The notes below the pieces were generated by a model that did not search any database, had not been told where the DNA came from, and saw only the letters and a program-made list of their open reading frames with translations. A stretch of 32,000 bases of DNA from Microcystis aeruginosa NIES-2549. Its GTDB lineage: Bacteria; Cyanobacteriota; Cyanobacteriia; Cyanobacteriales; Microcystaceae. Where the stretch lies: NCBI RefSeq assembly GCF_000981785.2, contig NZ_CP011304.1:3120001-3152000 (forward strand), given 5' to 3'. Position 1 is the first letter of the stretch. The number at the start of each line of letters is the position of its first letter. Made by a program: the position numbers and the translations under genes. Positions 7,811 through 16,655 of this stretch are shown piece after piece.

Positions 7811-7883
7811 CTGAACGCTGAACGTTAAATGCTGAACGCTAGAGAAAACTGATAACTGATAACTGATAACTGATAACTGAACA
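7811..7883 (+). repeat. heptamer arrays (CTGAACG x3 interrupted, then CTGATAA x4 + CTGAACA) inside the rpsK-rpoA spacer
   Basis: ctgaacg ctgaacg ttaaatg ctgaacg … ctgataa x4 (7849-7876) ends 1 nt before the rpoA Shine-Dalgarno AAGGGAGG. Confidence 0.9.
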
Positions 7884-7897
7884 AGGGAGGTCAATCG

Positions 7898-8839
7898 GTG
7901 GCGCAATTTCAAATCGAGTGTGTAGAAGCAAAAACTTACAAGAATCAGAGTCAGTACAGTAAGTTTGTACTAGAGCCTCTAGAAAGGGGCCAGGGTACGA
8001 CCGTAGGTAATGCCCTGAGACGGATTCTCATTTCCAATCTGGAAGGGGCGGCCGTGACGGCCCTGCGGATCGCGGGAGTCAATCACGAATTTGCCACCGT
8101 CGAGGGGGTACGCGAGGACGTGATGGAACTCATGCTCAACATGAAAGAAATCATCCTCAAAAGCTACACCAATCAAACCCAGATCGGGCGTTTAGTGGCA
8201 ACTGGACCGGCGACAGTAGTGGCGGCACAATTCGATTTACCCTCAGAAATCGAGATAGTTGATCGCAATCAGTACGTCGCCACCCTAGCCGAAGGGGCCA
8301 AGCTAGAGATGGAATTTCGCGTGGAAAAAGGCAAAGGCTATCGGACGATTGATCGCAGTAAAGAGGAGGCCACTTCGCTAGACTTTCTGCAAATCGACTC
8401 GATTTTTATGCCCGTAACCAAAGTCAACTACAGCGTCGAAGATATCCGTTCCGAAAGCGGTCAAGCTAGAGATCGTCTGCTCTTAGAAATTTGGACAAAC
8501 GGGAGCATTAACCCCAAAGAAGCCCTTTCCCAAGCGGCCGATATGCTGGTTAATCTCTTTAACCCGCTCAAGGATCTCAACGCCCTCGAATCCTCCAGTA
8601 ACTTTGACGACCAAGAGATCAACCAAGAAAACCAAATTCCGATCGAGGAACTACAATTATCCGTGCGCGCCTACAATTGTCTGAAGCGAGCGCAGATCAA
8701 CACCGTAGCCGACCTCCTCGATTACAGCCAAGAAGATCTCTTAGAAATCAAAAACTTTGGGCAGAAATCGGCTGAAGAAGTCATTGAAGCCCTACAAAAA
8801 CGGTTAGGAATCACCCTACCCCAAGAAAAAAGCAAGTAA
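7898..8839 (+). CDS. rpoA: DNA-directed RNA polymerase subunit alpha
   Basis: GTG start reading MAQFQIECVE…; 313 aa; the C-terminal domain contains ELQLSVRAYNCLKRAQINTVADLL. Confidence 0.95.
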   Translation: MAQFQIECVEAKTYKNQSQYSKFVLEPLERGQGTTVGNALRRILISNLEGAAVTALRIAGVNHEFATVEGVREDVMELMLNMKEIILKSYTNQTQIGRLVATGPATVVAAQFDLPSEIEIVDRNQYVATLAEGAKLEMEFRVEKGKGYRTIDRSKEEATSLDFLQIDSIFMPVTKVNYSVEDIRSESGQARDRLLLEIWTNGSINPKEALSQAADMLVNLFNPLKDLNALESSSNFDDQEINQENQIPIEELQLSVRAYNCLKRAQINTVADLLDYSQEDLLEIKNFGQKSAEEVIEALQKRLGITLPQEKSK

Positions 8840-8860
8840 ACCCAATTCCAGGAAAATACC

Positions 8861-9211
8861 ATGAGACATCGGTGTAAAGTGCCTCAATTGGGTCTGCCGG
8901 CTGACCAAAGAAAGGCACTGCTGCGCAGCTTGGCCACCCAGCTAATTCGCCACGGTCAGATCACCACCACCCTAGCGAAAGCGAAAGCGGTGCGAGCAGA
9001 GGTAGACCACATTATCACCCTAGCTAAAGACGGTTCCCTGAGCGCTCGTCGCCAAGCTATGGGCTACATCTACGATAAACAACTGGTTCACGCCCTCTTT
9101 GAAGGCGCCCAAACCCGTTATGGCGGTCGTAACGGCGGTTATACCAGGGTGGTGCGTACCCTGCGCCGTCGCGGGGATAATGCCCCCATGGCGATTATCG
9201 AACTGATGTAA
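8861..9211 (+). CDS. rplQ: 50S ribosomal protein L17
   Basis: 116 aa, starting [29 protein letters not shown]…. Confidence 0.95.
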   Translation: MRHRCKVPQLGLPADQRKALLRSLATQLIRHGQITTTLAKAKAVRAEVDHIITLAKDGSLSARRQAMGYIYDKQLVHALFEGAQTRYGGRNGGYTRVVRTLRRRGDNAPMAIIELM

Positions 9212-9213
9212 CG

Positions 9214-10029
9214 ATGACAGCTTGCCCCCAGTCGCGGATCGCCCTAGTTATCCAGTATGTGGGAACTAATTTCCACGGCTGGCAACGGCAACCCCATCAC
9301 AGGAGCGTGCAGGAAGAAATCGAGAAGGCTCTGGCCGATATTCTCGGTCATGCCGTCACTCTGCACGGGGCCGGACGTACCGATAGCGGTGTTCACGCCG
9401 CCGCCCAGGTTGCCCATTTCGAGCAGCAGAGTCCGATCCCACCTGCCCATTGGGCCAAGGTTCTCAATGCTCGGCTAGATGACGATATCGTCATTCGGGC
9501 CTCGGCCCGGGTTCCCGATCGCTGGCACGCCCGTTTCTCGGCCCTCTGGCGACGTTATCGTTACACCCTCTATACCGACCCCATCCCCAATCTCTTTGTT
9601 AGCCCCTTTAGTTGGCACTACTACCATCGTCCCCTCGATGCCGATTTGATGGCCAGGGCCTTGGGTCCTTTATTGGGTAAGCACCATCTGGCCGCCTTTC
9701 ACCGTGCTAACTCTAGTCGTGACCATTCTTGGGTAGAAGTACAGGGGGTGGAATGCTACCGTCAAGGGCCGTTTGTACAGATGGAAATTCAAGCCAATGG
9801 CTTTTTGTATGGGATGGTGCGCCTATTGGTGGGAATGTTGGTGGAGGTGGGAACGGGTGAGCGATCGCTAGAAAACTTTACCGACATCTGGGTCAATCAG
9901 CGCCGAGAATTGGTCAAATACGCCGCACCAGCTAAAGGACTATGTTTACTGCGGGTGGGTTACGCCGATTTTCCCTTTGCCGATAGCGTCTGGTTTGAGA
10001 CACAGCCTCTTTATTATTTCCGAGCATAG
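9214..10029 (+). CDS. truA: tRNA pseudouridine(38-40) synthase TruA
   Basis: 271 aa with the catalytic motif [11 protein letters not shown]. It starts 2 nt after the rplQ stop. Confidence 0.9.
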   Translation: MTACPQSRIALVIQYVGTNFHGWQRQPHHRSVQEEIEKALADILGHAVTLHGAGRTDSGVHAAAQVAHFEQQSPIPPAHWAKVLNARLDDDIVIRASARVPDRWHARFSALWRRYRYTLYTDPIPNLFVSPFSWHYYHRPLDADLMARALGPLLGKHHLAAFHRANSSRDHSWVEVQGVECYRQGPFVQMEIQANGFLYGMVRLLVGMLVEVGTGERSLENFTDIWVNQRRELVKYAAPAKGLCLLRVGYADFPFADSVWFETQPLYYFRA

Positions 10030-10069
10030 AGATTCAAAGTTTATTTTTGTAAACCAAGGCAAACTGACC

Positions 10070-10525
10070 ATGAACAAAACACCTCTACCAAATTTAGAGA
10101 CTCTAGAGCAGAAATGGTACGTCATTGATGCGGCCGATCAGCGTCTAGGTCGTCTGGCCACCGAAATCGCGATGATTCTACGGGGCAAAAATAAAGCCAC
10201 CTTCACCCCCCATCTGGATACGGGGGATTTTGTCATTGTTATTAACGCCGAAAAAGTGACGGTGACGGGCAAAAAACGCCAACAGAAAGTTTATCGCCGC
10301 GACTCCGGCAGACCGGGTGGTATGAAGGTAGAAAGCTTCGATAAACTGCAAAAACGCATTCCCGAACGGATTATCGAACACGCTGTTAAGGGAATGCTCC
10401 CGAAAAATAGCTTAGGTCGGAAATTGTTCACGAAACTGAAAGTTTATGCCGGTGCGGAACATCCCCATCAGGCACAACAACCGGAAGTTTTAGCGATTAA
10501 TACGATTCCCGCAGGAGGAAATTAA
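10070..10525 (+). CDS. rplM: 50S ribosomal protein L13
   Basis: The ORF is open from 9977, but the homologous L13 N-terminus ([30 protein letters not shown]) starts at the ATG at 10070. The upstream extension would overlap truA. Confidence 0.93.
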   Translation: MNKTPLPNLETLEQKWYVIDAADQRLGRLATEIAMILRGKNKATFTPHLDTGDFVIVINAEKVTVTGKKRQQKVYRRDSGRPGGMKVESFDKLQKRIPERIIEHAVKGMLPKNSLGRKLFTKLKVYAGAEHPHQAQQPEVLAINTIPAGGN

Positions 10526-10529
10526 GTCA

Positions 10530-10943
10530 ATGCAAGCCACGGACAGTAAAAATAAGGTAGTTTATTGGGGAACGGGACGACGCAAATCAGCGGTCGCTTC
10601 CGTGCGTCTGGTGCCGGGGACGGGGGCAATTACCGTTAACGGTCGCGACGGGGAAACCCATTTTAATCGCATTCCCACCTATATCCAGACGATTAAGGCT
10701 CCTCTGGAGACTTTGGGACTAGAAAACGAGTACGATATCATTGTTAAGGCCGAGGGCGGTGGTTTGACCGGTCAGGCGGATGCGGTGAAATTAGGTGTCG
10801 CTAGAGCTTTATGTCAATTGGCCCCGGAAAATCGTCCTCCCCTCAAGAGTGAAGGTTATCTGACTCGGGATCCCCGGGCGAAGGAACGGAAAAAATACGG
10901 TCTTCACAAAGCGCGCAAAGCGCCTCAATACTCGAAACGTTAG
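10530..10943 (+). CDS. rpsI: 30S ribosomal protein S9
   Basis: 137 aa with the C-terminus …[18 protein letters not shown]. Confidence 0.95.
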   Translation: MQATDSKNKVVYWGTGRRKSAVASVRLVPGTGAITVNGRDGETHFNRIPTYIQTIKAPLETLGLENEYDIIVKAEGGGLTGQADAVKLGVARALCQLAPENRPPLKSEGYLTRDPRAKERKKYGLHKARKAPQYSKR

Positions 10944-10962
10944 GTTAATAGAGAGGTTTATT

Positions 10963-11196
10963 ATGCCGAAAAAAATTCATCCTACTTGGTATCCGGAAGC
11001 CAAGGTGATCTGTAATGGTGAACTGGTGATGACGGTGGGTTCGACAAAACCAGAAATTCATGTGGAGGTTTGGTCGGGTAATCATCCTTTTTATACGGGA
11101 ACCCAGAAGATGATCGATACCGAGGGTCGGGTCGATCGCTTCTTGCGTAAGTACAAAATGGGTGATAAGTCAAGCAAAAAGGCCGATCAGAAATAA
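10963..11196 (+). CDS. rpmE: 50S ribosomal protein L31
   Basis: 77 aa, containing MPKKIHPTWYPEAKVICNGE…HPFYTG. Confidence 0.95.
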   Translation: MPKKIHPTWYPEAKVICNGELVMTVGSTKPEIHVEVWSGNHPFYTGTQKMIDTEGRVDRFLRKYKMGDKSSKKADQK

Positions 11197-11221
11197 TTCT
11201 TTACTTTTGCCTTTTTGACCT

Positions 11222-11250
11222 GGTGGGGAGATTTTCCCGCCGGGTTTTTT
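11222..11250 (+). terminator. rho-independent terminator candidate after rpmE
   Basis: The stem ggtgggg (11222-11228) / tcccgcc (11235-11241) has 5 G-C pairs plus G-U pairs, with a 6-nt loop. A T6 run follows at 11245-11250. Confidence 0.55.
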
Positions 11251-11506
11251 GCTATCTTTAGGCTAGTAGAGTCATTATCGCTCTTCGGGAACTTTCGGAA
11301 ATCCCTGACCGAATCTAGATCCTGAAACCCTTGCTTGACAAGTGATCGCTAACTTTTTTTCTAATAAAAACTCAAATTTCTGGTTTCTGTTAGTTAGCAC
11401 TTGCTTGAAGGCTTACCCCATAAGAGAGCTAGAGTTGAGAGACTGTGAGATTTTTGCCAGAGTCCTGAAAGAGCGCTCACCTCAAATCTAGAAAACTAAG
11501 GCTCTC

Positions 11507-12448
11507 TTAATACCATAATTCGGGGATCAGGTCATAATAACCAGCTTGGGTCGGTGGGTAAATACCCGCTTCGATTTTTTGGATAATAGTCGGCCAAGCT
11601 TGCCTAAAAGCGGCAGAGCGCTCGTTGGGGTGCAGAGTCCAACCCTTGCCATTGGTGAGAGTGGCGCGATAATAGTTGCTTTGTTCTAGGGAGCGAGAAA
11701 CCATAATTTCCCAAGAGTCGAGTTTTCCTTTGCCGGTCAAAATATTGCCCCAAGCTTTTAAACCATCGGGTAAGTGATCGAGAAAGGTATTTTTATAAGA
11801 GCGCCAGAGGGGGGTCATCGGTAAAAGGCGATCATAGCGACGACAATTAAGTAGATAGGCACGACTGCCAAAAAATTTAAATTGATAGAATCCGTCGGTA
11901 TTTTTCCAGCAAGGATGGGGAGAATAAATCGTACCATCGGGCCGCGGTGGACCGGACAAAGGACGCACAAACATCATTTCCGGATGGGTTTCCATTAACT
12001 CGATCCCTTCGCGGATCCAACTGTAATCCGGTTCTTGGTAGAGCATCATGTCACTGTCATAATGAACCATATAATCGCTGCGACATGACTCGATTTTGAA
12101 GATCGATCCGAAAATCGGATAACCTTTGTAGTTATGGGTGGAACGTAGGGGACTGCCGAAATGCTTTTGATAGATACGCTGACGATAGCTGGGATCGTAG
12201 TTAAAATCCACTAGGCGATCGATTATGCCATCTTTAACTAATTTTTCGCCACAGGCTCTTAATTCCTCCATTGTACCCAGTCCGGGGCGATTAACCTTTT
12301 CCCCGCTTAAAGGGGCCGTATCAATAGCGAGTACCTTTTCCTGGAAGGGAAACTGACTCATTTTGACTAGATGAGGGATAGTATTCATCATAAACCAGAC
12401 ATCGGTTCGCGCCGTAAAAAACCAGAGCGAACAACTTGGCAATCCCAT
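11507..12448 (-). CDS. conserved hypothetical protein; possibly a GT-A-like glycosyltransferase (function not established)
   Basis: 313-aa ORF with an ATG start. The only functional hints are a hydrophobic strand followed by a DxD-like motif (YMVHYDSDMMLY) and an early strand, KVLAIDTAP. Confidence 0.55.
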   Translation of the reverse strand: MGLPSCSLWFFTARTDVWFMMNTIPHLVKMSQFPFQEKVLAIDTAPLSGEKVNRPGLGTMEELRACGEKLVKDGIIDRLVDFNYDPSYRQRIYQKHFGSPLRSTHNYKGYPIFGSIFKIESCRSDYMVHYDSDMMLYQEPDYSWIREGIELMETHPEMMFVRPLSGPPRPDGTIYSPHPCWKNTDGFYQFKFFGSRAYLLNCRRYDRLLPMTPLWRSYKNTFLDHLPDGLKAWGNILTGKGKLDSWEIMVSRSLEQSNYYRATLTNGKGWTLHPNERSAAFRQAWPTIIQKIEAGIYPPTQAGYYDLIPELWY

Positions 12449-12538
12449 TTTGTATAAACCTCACTTTTGTTTGGGTCTTAAATGGGATACATTATAGGGG
12501 AATCTTAGCGACAAGTTGACACAATTCCTTCTTAACCT

Positions 12539-13360
12539 ATGACTATAGCCCTCGATCGCTTACCCCAATCTTGGCAGGGTTTAACCCATCGTTTAACTTA
12601 TAAGTATTTTCAGCTACGCATTGATACACCCAAAGACCCCTATAAAATCCTCTTTCGTCCCCAACCCTATCAGGTTTTATTTATTCTTAGCCATATGCGA
12701 TCGGGTTCGTCTTTATTGACCCATATCCTCAATTCTAACCCTGAAATTATCGGTTTTGGCGAAACTCATCTGGTTTATGAGAGTGAACAGGATTTTAAAG
12801 CTTTAATGTTTAAACTCTACTGGCGTTTGAAAGATTTAAACATGAATCATAAATATATTTTAGATAAAGTTCTTCACGATCAGAAGTTTTTGGATCATAG
12901 TTTTTTACAATCTGATGCGGTTAAAACCATATTTTTACTACGAGAACCGAAGCGCACTTTAGCTAGTATTCTAGATATTAAACCCCATCAAAATGAGCAG
13001 CACGCCCTGGGTTATTATACTGGTCGTTTAGCCACCTTAGAAAGTTATGCTCGCTTAATTAACAGCAAAGAAAAGAGTTTATTTATCACCCACGATCAAG
13101 TATTAAACCAAAGTCAATTGGTCTTTAATAGTTTACAGAGTCATCTCGATACTAAAACGGGATTTTCTGAAGAATATCGAGTTTTAAACACTACTGGCAG
13201 CCGTGGTATAGGAGATTCCTCCGAGAATATCAAAGCGGGTAAAATTATTAAACAAGCCAGAAAATTAGATATAGAAATTTCCGAGGATGTTTTAACCCAA
13301 GCCCAAAAAGCCTACGATCAATGCTACGAAACCCTCAGCCATTATTGTCATTGTATCTAA
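12539..13360 (+). CDS. sulfotransferase-family protein (PAPS-dependent type)
   Basis: 273 aa with a 5'-PSB loop, SHMRSGSSLLTHIL, and a 3'-PB-like motif, LLREPKRTLASIL. It is divergent from the GT-like gene. Confidence 0.75.
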   Translation: MTIALDRLPQSWQGLTHRLTYKYFQLRIDTPKDPYKILFRPQPYQVLFILSHMRSGSSLLTHILNSNPEIIGFGETHLVYESEQDFKALMFKLYWRLKDLNMNHKYILDKVLHDQKFLDHSFLQSDAVKTIFLLREPKRTLASILDIKPHQNEQHALGYYTGRLATLESYARLINSKEKSLFITHDQVLNQSQLVFNSLQSHLDTKTGFSEEYRVLNTTGSRGIGDSSENIKAGKIIKQARKLDIEISEDVLTQAQKAYDQCYETLSHYCHCI

Positions 13361-13456
13361 GCTGAATTGGGCATTAGCAATAGCCTTGATTCTCTCCTCC
13401 GCGTCCAAAGAAAATCCCCCTAACTAAACTCTAAGTTGATCATTTAAAAGGTCTGA

Positions 13457-13672
13457 TTAGCCTTCAATATTAGCAATTGTAAAGCCCATCTGACACTCGT
13501 AGAGATTGGGCTGTTGGCTGCCCCCTTTGCCTAGAGAATGACCACAGCCTAGTTTACCCTCTCGCCACCGGGGCTGCCCCTGCTGGTTGGCTAAAAGACA
13601 GCCCTGACATACAGAACCCGTATCGAGAATGTGTTCGTCGGTTAAAATCACTAACATGACGTTCACCCCCAT
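13457..13672 (-). CDS. small Cys-rich hypothetical protein (CxxC … C … C)
   Basis: 71-aa ORF; an alternative ATG at 13657 would give 66 aa. Four Cys are arranged as SVCQGC…LGCGH…YECQ. No family is recognised. Confidence 0.45.
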   Translation of the reverse strand: MGVNVMLVILTDEHILDTGSVCQGCLLANQQGQPRWREGKLGCGHSLGKGGSQQPNLYECQMGFTIANIEG

Positions 13673-13821
13673 TGATCTCCGATCATTCTTGTCTCCATTG
13701 TAAGAGGTTTTTTCTAAGATGTAGTGCCGCGCTATACAGTCCGCTACTTTTTGGCTTTTTTTCGCCTGGAATCTTCTTATACAAGGTATTTACCGATCAA
13801 TTATGAATGGTCAGAAGATGA

Positions 13822-14020
13822 GGCCGCTCTTCTAGGTTCTGTGTGAGAATGTTATAATATTAATACAGAATAGGAGATGGGTTATGTGGATAAATTTTGA
13901 TCAACTCCTCGATTTACCAAATGTAACAGTGGTCAATTATCAAAAAATTGATGAGACAATTTAGTCTGTTTGCTTGCTTTAATTGATAACAAAAAGTAAC
14001 AGAGGAAAACCAGAAGAGCC
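13822..14020 (+). mobile_element. internally deleted ISL3-family element remnant (both ends plus the first 26 transposase codons)
   Basis: The left end is ggccgctcttctaggttctgtgtgag. The right end reverse-complements to (c)ggctcttctggttttcctctg. As I recall, ISL3 IRs start GGCTCTT. The N-terminal transposase fragment lies inside. Confidence 0.55.
13884..13964 (+). pseudogene. truncated ISL3-type transposase N-terminus
   Basis: MWINFDQLLDLPNVTVVNYQKIDETI followed by a stop. The LL-LP-VTV motif is typical of ISL3 transposase N-termini, and the rest of the gene is absent. Confidence 0.55.
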
Positions 14021-14052
14021 GATATTAAGGCTCAAACAATTTAACAACAACC

Positions 14053-14142
14053 ATGAAAACCCTGACGCATATTACCTTTAATCTGGAAGTCATGGGAGAT
14101 GAACCCTGTATTCGTGATTAGCGAGTCACCGTGAGAACCTAA
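14053..14142 (+). pseudogene. DUF433-like (antitoxin-type) gene fragment with an in-frame stop
   Basis: MKTLTHITFNLEVMGDEPCIRD-TAG-RVTVRT-TAA. The pattern (G-x-P-C-I-R-x-x-R-V-T-V) matches the DUF433 core. It is interrupted at 14119-14121 and truncated. Confidence 0.4.
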
Positions 14143-14154
14143 CTAAAAAACTTT

Positions 14155-15108
14155 ATGAACCCACCAGAATTAGCCATTGCTACCGTTGGTTTAACCAAAC
14201 AATTTGACCGCCATGGGGCTGTTAATCAAGTGGATTTACAGATTGAAGCGGGGGAAGTTTACGGGTTAATCGGTCCAAATGGAGCGGGAAAAACCACTTT
14301 AATTAGGATGTTAGCGGCAGCGGAAGAACCGACAACCGGAGAAATATATCTGCACGGAGAACGTCTTTTAAGAGATGAGAGTAATCCCCGTCTCAAAAGA
14401 AATTTAGGTTATCTACCCGATAATTTTCCCCTCTACGATGACTTAAATGTCTGGAATTATCTGGATTATTTTGCTCGTCTTTATCATATCCCTCGCTCCC
14501 AACGTCATCGCCGCATTTATGAGGTTCTAGAACTGGTACAATTAACCAATAAAAGCCATAATTTGATCGCTACTTTGTCCAGGGGAATGAAACAACGTTT
14601 AAGTTTAGCCCGAACGATTATCCATGAACCTTTAATTTTACTTCTCGATGAACCAGTTTCTGGATTAGACCCGATCGCTCGCCTACAATTTCGTGAGATT
14701 ATTAAAGTCTTACAATCGGTAGGTATGACTATTTTAATTTCCTCCCATGTCCTTAGTGATTTAGCGGAACTTTGTAGTTCTGTGGGTATCATGGAATTAG
14801 GTTATCTAGTGGAAAGCACCTCTTTAGAGGAATTAAATCAACGTCTAGCCGGTCAATACTTGCAGATTACGACTCTAGGTAATTTAGAATCCTTAGAAAC
14901 TGCCCTTAAACAATGTGTTTTTGTGGAAAGTTGGCAAAGAATTATTAATACTAATACTCTCCGTGTTAAATTTACGGGAACCCTAGAAGATAGTGCCGAA
15001 TTGTTGAAATCTTTAGTGGTTTCTGGCCTGACCTTAAGCGAGTTTTATACTTGCCGCGAAGATTTAGAAACTATTTTCCTAAAACTGGGACATCGACAGG
15101 CATCCTAA
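14155..15108 (+). CDS. ABC transporter ATP-binding protein (ABC-2/DrrA-like, with C-terminal accessory domain)
   Basis: 317 aa with Walker A GPNGAGKTT, signature LSRGMKQRLSLA and Walker B LLLDEP. There is no adjacent permease gene. Confidence 0.9.
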   Translation: MNPPELAIATVGLTKQFDRHGAVNQVDLQIEAGEVYGLIGPNGAGKTTLIRMLAAAEEPTTGEIYLHGERLLRDESNPRLKRNLGYLPDNFPLYDDLNVWNYLDYFARLYHIPRSQRHRRIYEVLELVQLTNKSHNLIATLSRGMKQRLSLARTIIHEPLILLLDEPVSGLDPIARLQFREIIKVLQSVGMTILISSHVLSDLAELCSSVGIMELGYLVESTSLEELNQRLAGQYLQITTLGNLESLETALKQCVFVESWQRIINTNTLRVKFTGTLEDSAELLKSLVVSGLTLSEFYTCREDLETIFLKLGHRQAS

Positions 15109-15124
15109 GGGGAAATATTAACTT

Positions 15125-15880
15125 TTAAATCTCGGATAGTAACTTTTCGACTAATTGAATTTGCTCCTGACTAAAACCAGCTTCCTTCAGATGTGCCAGA
15201 AACCATTTTTGGCGATAACGACCGTCTAAATCCCTAGCCTTTCTATAGGTATCCCGCGCTTTTTTACTATCACCTTGATCTAAATAAATCATTGCCAAAG
15301 CCACAAGAGGATGGGGATTATTCGGCTCTAGTTTAACTGCTTTTTCAGCATTAGTAATAGCTGAATTCAAATCTTTTAAGCGATGATAGGCCAGGGATAA
15401 ATTATAGTAGGCGATTTCATTATCGGGTTTTAAATTAGCGGCTTTAGTATGAGTGACTACGGCTTTTTCAAGATCACCGCTCACTAGATAAACAATACCC
15501 AAAGCATTATAAGCAGCCACATGATCGGGAGCAATTTTAATCGTTTCTTCGAGGGTTGTTTGTGCCGCAAAAGGTTGTTTAGCTAAGTGTTGTGTCCAAC
15601 CTAAAATTACTCTCCCGTCTAGATGATTGGGGTTTAACTGTAGCGATTTTTTTAAAGCCTCAATACTTTTGATAAAATCTCCCTGTTGACGATACTGTAA
15701 TCCCAATTGACGATAACGATTAGCAGCTTTAATGTCCGATGGGGAAATAATCGGACTGGGAGAAGGAGGAACAAGCATCTCGGCCGTAGGTTCTTTTTTA
15801 ATAGGAGCGGGAGGACTACAGCCCCAAAAAACTGGGGAACTAAAGATGATCAAAATAGTCAGGAGTCGATAACTATTCAT
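15125..15880 (-). CDS. TPR-repeat lipoprotein
   Basis: 251 aa. A signal peptide ends in the lipobox-like FWGC, followed by repeated TPR units (…AIEALKKSLQLNPNH…, …AEKAVKLEPNNP…). Confidence 0.85.
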   Translation of the reverse strand: MNSYRLLTILIIFSSPVFWGCSPPAPIKKEPTAEMLVPPSPSPIISPSDIKAANRYRQLGLQYRQQGDFIKSIEALKKSLQLNPNHLDGRVILGWTQHLAKQPFAAQTTLEETIKIAPDHVAAYNALGIVYLVSGDLEKAVVTHTKAANLKPDNEIAYYNLSLAYHRLKDLNSAITNAEKAVKLEPNNPHPLVALAMIYLDQGDSKKARDTYRKARDLDGRYRQKWFLAHLKEAGFSQEQIQLVEKLLSEI

Positions 15881-15924
15881 GGGACAATTAATACCAGTCC
15901 AATTGTTAAGGGTGTCATCAAATT

Positions 15925-16590
15925 ATGAATTATTCCCCCGAATCCGTGCAACGGCTGCTCGATTCCGATGATTATGGCGATCGCTTATCGGGAGTTAATC
16001 AACTGCGTTATTTAGCCCCAGAAATCGCCTTCGAGATGTTACAGCCTTTAATTAACGATAGTAACGCTAGGGTGCGTTATTCGGCGGTAAGTCAGCTAGA
16101 TATCCTCGGTCGTCAGAATCCTGATCTGGCCTTAACTATTCTACGCGATCGTTTGTTAAATGATCCCGAAGCAGATGTGAAAGCGGCCGCGGCCGATGCG
16201 ATCGGGGGGTTAAAATTAACGGCAGCCTACGATGATCTGGTGGCCGTCTATCAACAATCCAGCGACTGGTTAATTCAATTTAGCATTGTGGCAGCTTTGG
16301 GCGAATTGGGGGAACCCCGGGGCTTTGAACTGCTCGAAATCGCCCTAAACTCCGATAATGAATTGGTAAAAACGGCCGCCGTTAGTGCTTTTGGGGAACT
16401 AGGCGACTCTCGCGCCGTCTCTTTACTTGTTCCCTTGGCTAATGATGATGACTGGCAACTGCGCTATCGTCTCGCTCAAGCTTTAGGCCGCTTAGGGGGG
16501 GAAGATGCGATCGCTGTTTTGACCCAGTTAACCAGCGATAAAAGCGCCCAAGTTGCCCAAGAGGCCCGCAATAATCTCGTTCAAGGGTGA
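15925..16590 (+). CDS. HEAT-repeat protein (PBS-lyase HEAT-like repeats)
   Basis: 221 aa with repeated units of the type D…VR…A..ALG…G….A...L (for example DVKAAAADAIGGL, LVKTAAVSAFGELGD, WQLRYRLAQALGRLGG). Confidence 0.85.
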   Translation: MNYSPESVQRLLDSDDYGDRLSGVNQLRYLAPEIAFEMLQPLINDSNARVRYSAVSQLDILGRQNPDLALTILRDRLLNDPEADVKAAAADAIGGLKLTAAYDDLVAVYQQSSDWLIQFSIVAALGELGEPRGFELLEIALNSDNELVKTAAVSAFGELGDSRAVSLLVPLANDDDWQLRYRLAQALGRLGGEDAIAVLTQLTSDKSAQVAQEARNNLVQG

Positions 16591-16655
16591 TGCAGAATGG
16601 TTGATTTTTGTCAATACCATTTACAATAAATTTTAATTAAGAATCGTTAACAAAG

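Noticed and set aside
7284-7912. Cluster of overlapping ORFs (7284-7472 +, 7300-7557 -, 7554-7766 -, 7721-7912 -)
   Set aside because: These are alternative-frame or antisense shadows of rpsK, or they read through the heptamer arrays. None has homology-like sequence.
9977-10069. N-terminal extension of rplM (ORF open from 9977)
   Set aside because: The extension overlaps the truA 3' end and has no similarity to L13. The conserved N-terminus begins at the ATG at 10070.
11279-11477. Possible third ISL3-like miniature element (cgctcttcggg… / …gaaagagcg)
   Set aside because: Only about 7 nt of the putative ends match each other, and there is no shared CTAGGTTCTGTGTGA core. The case is too weak.
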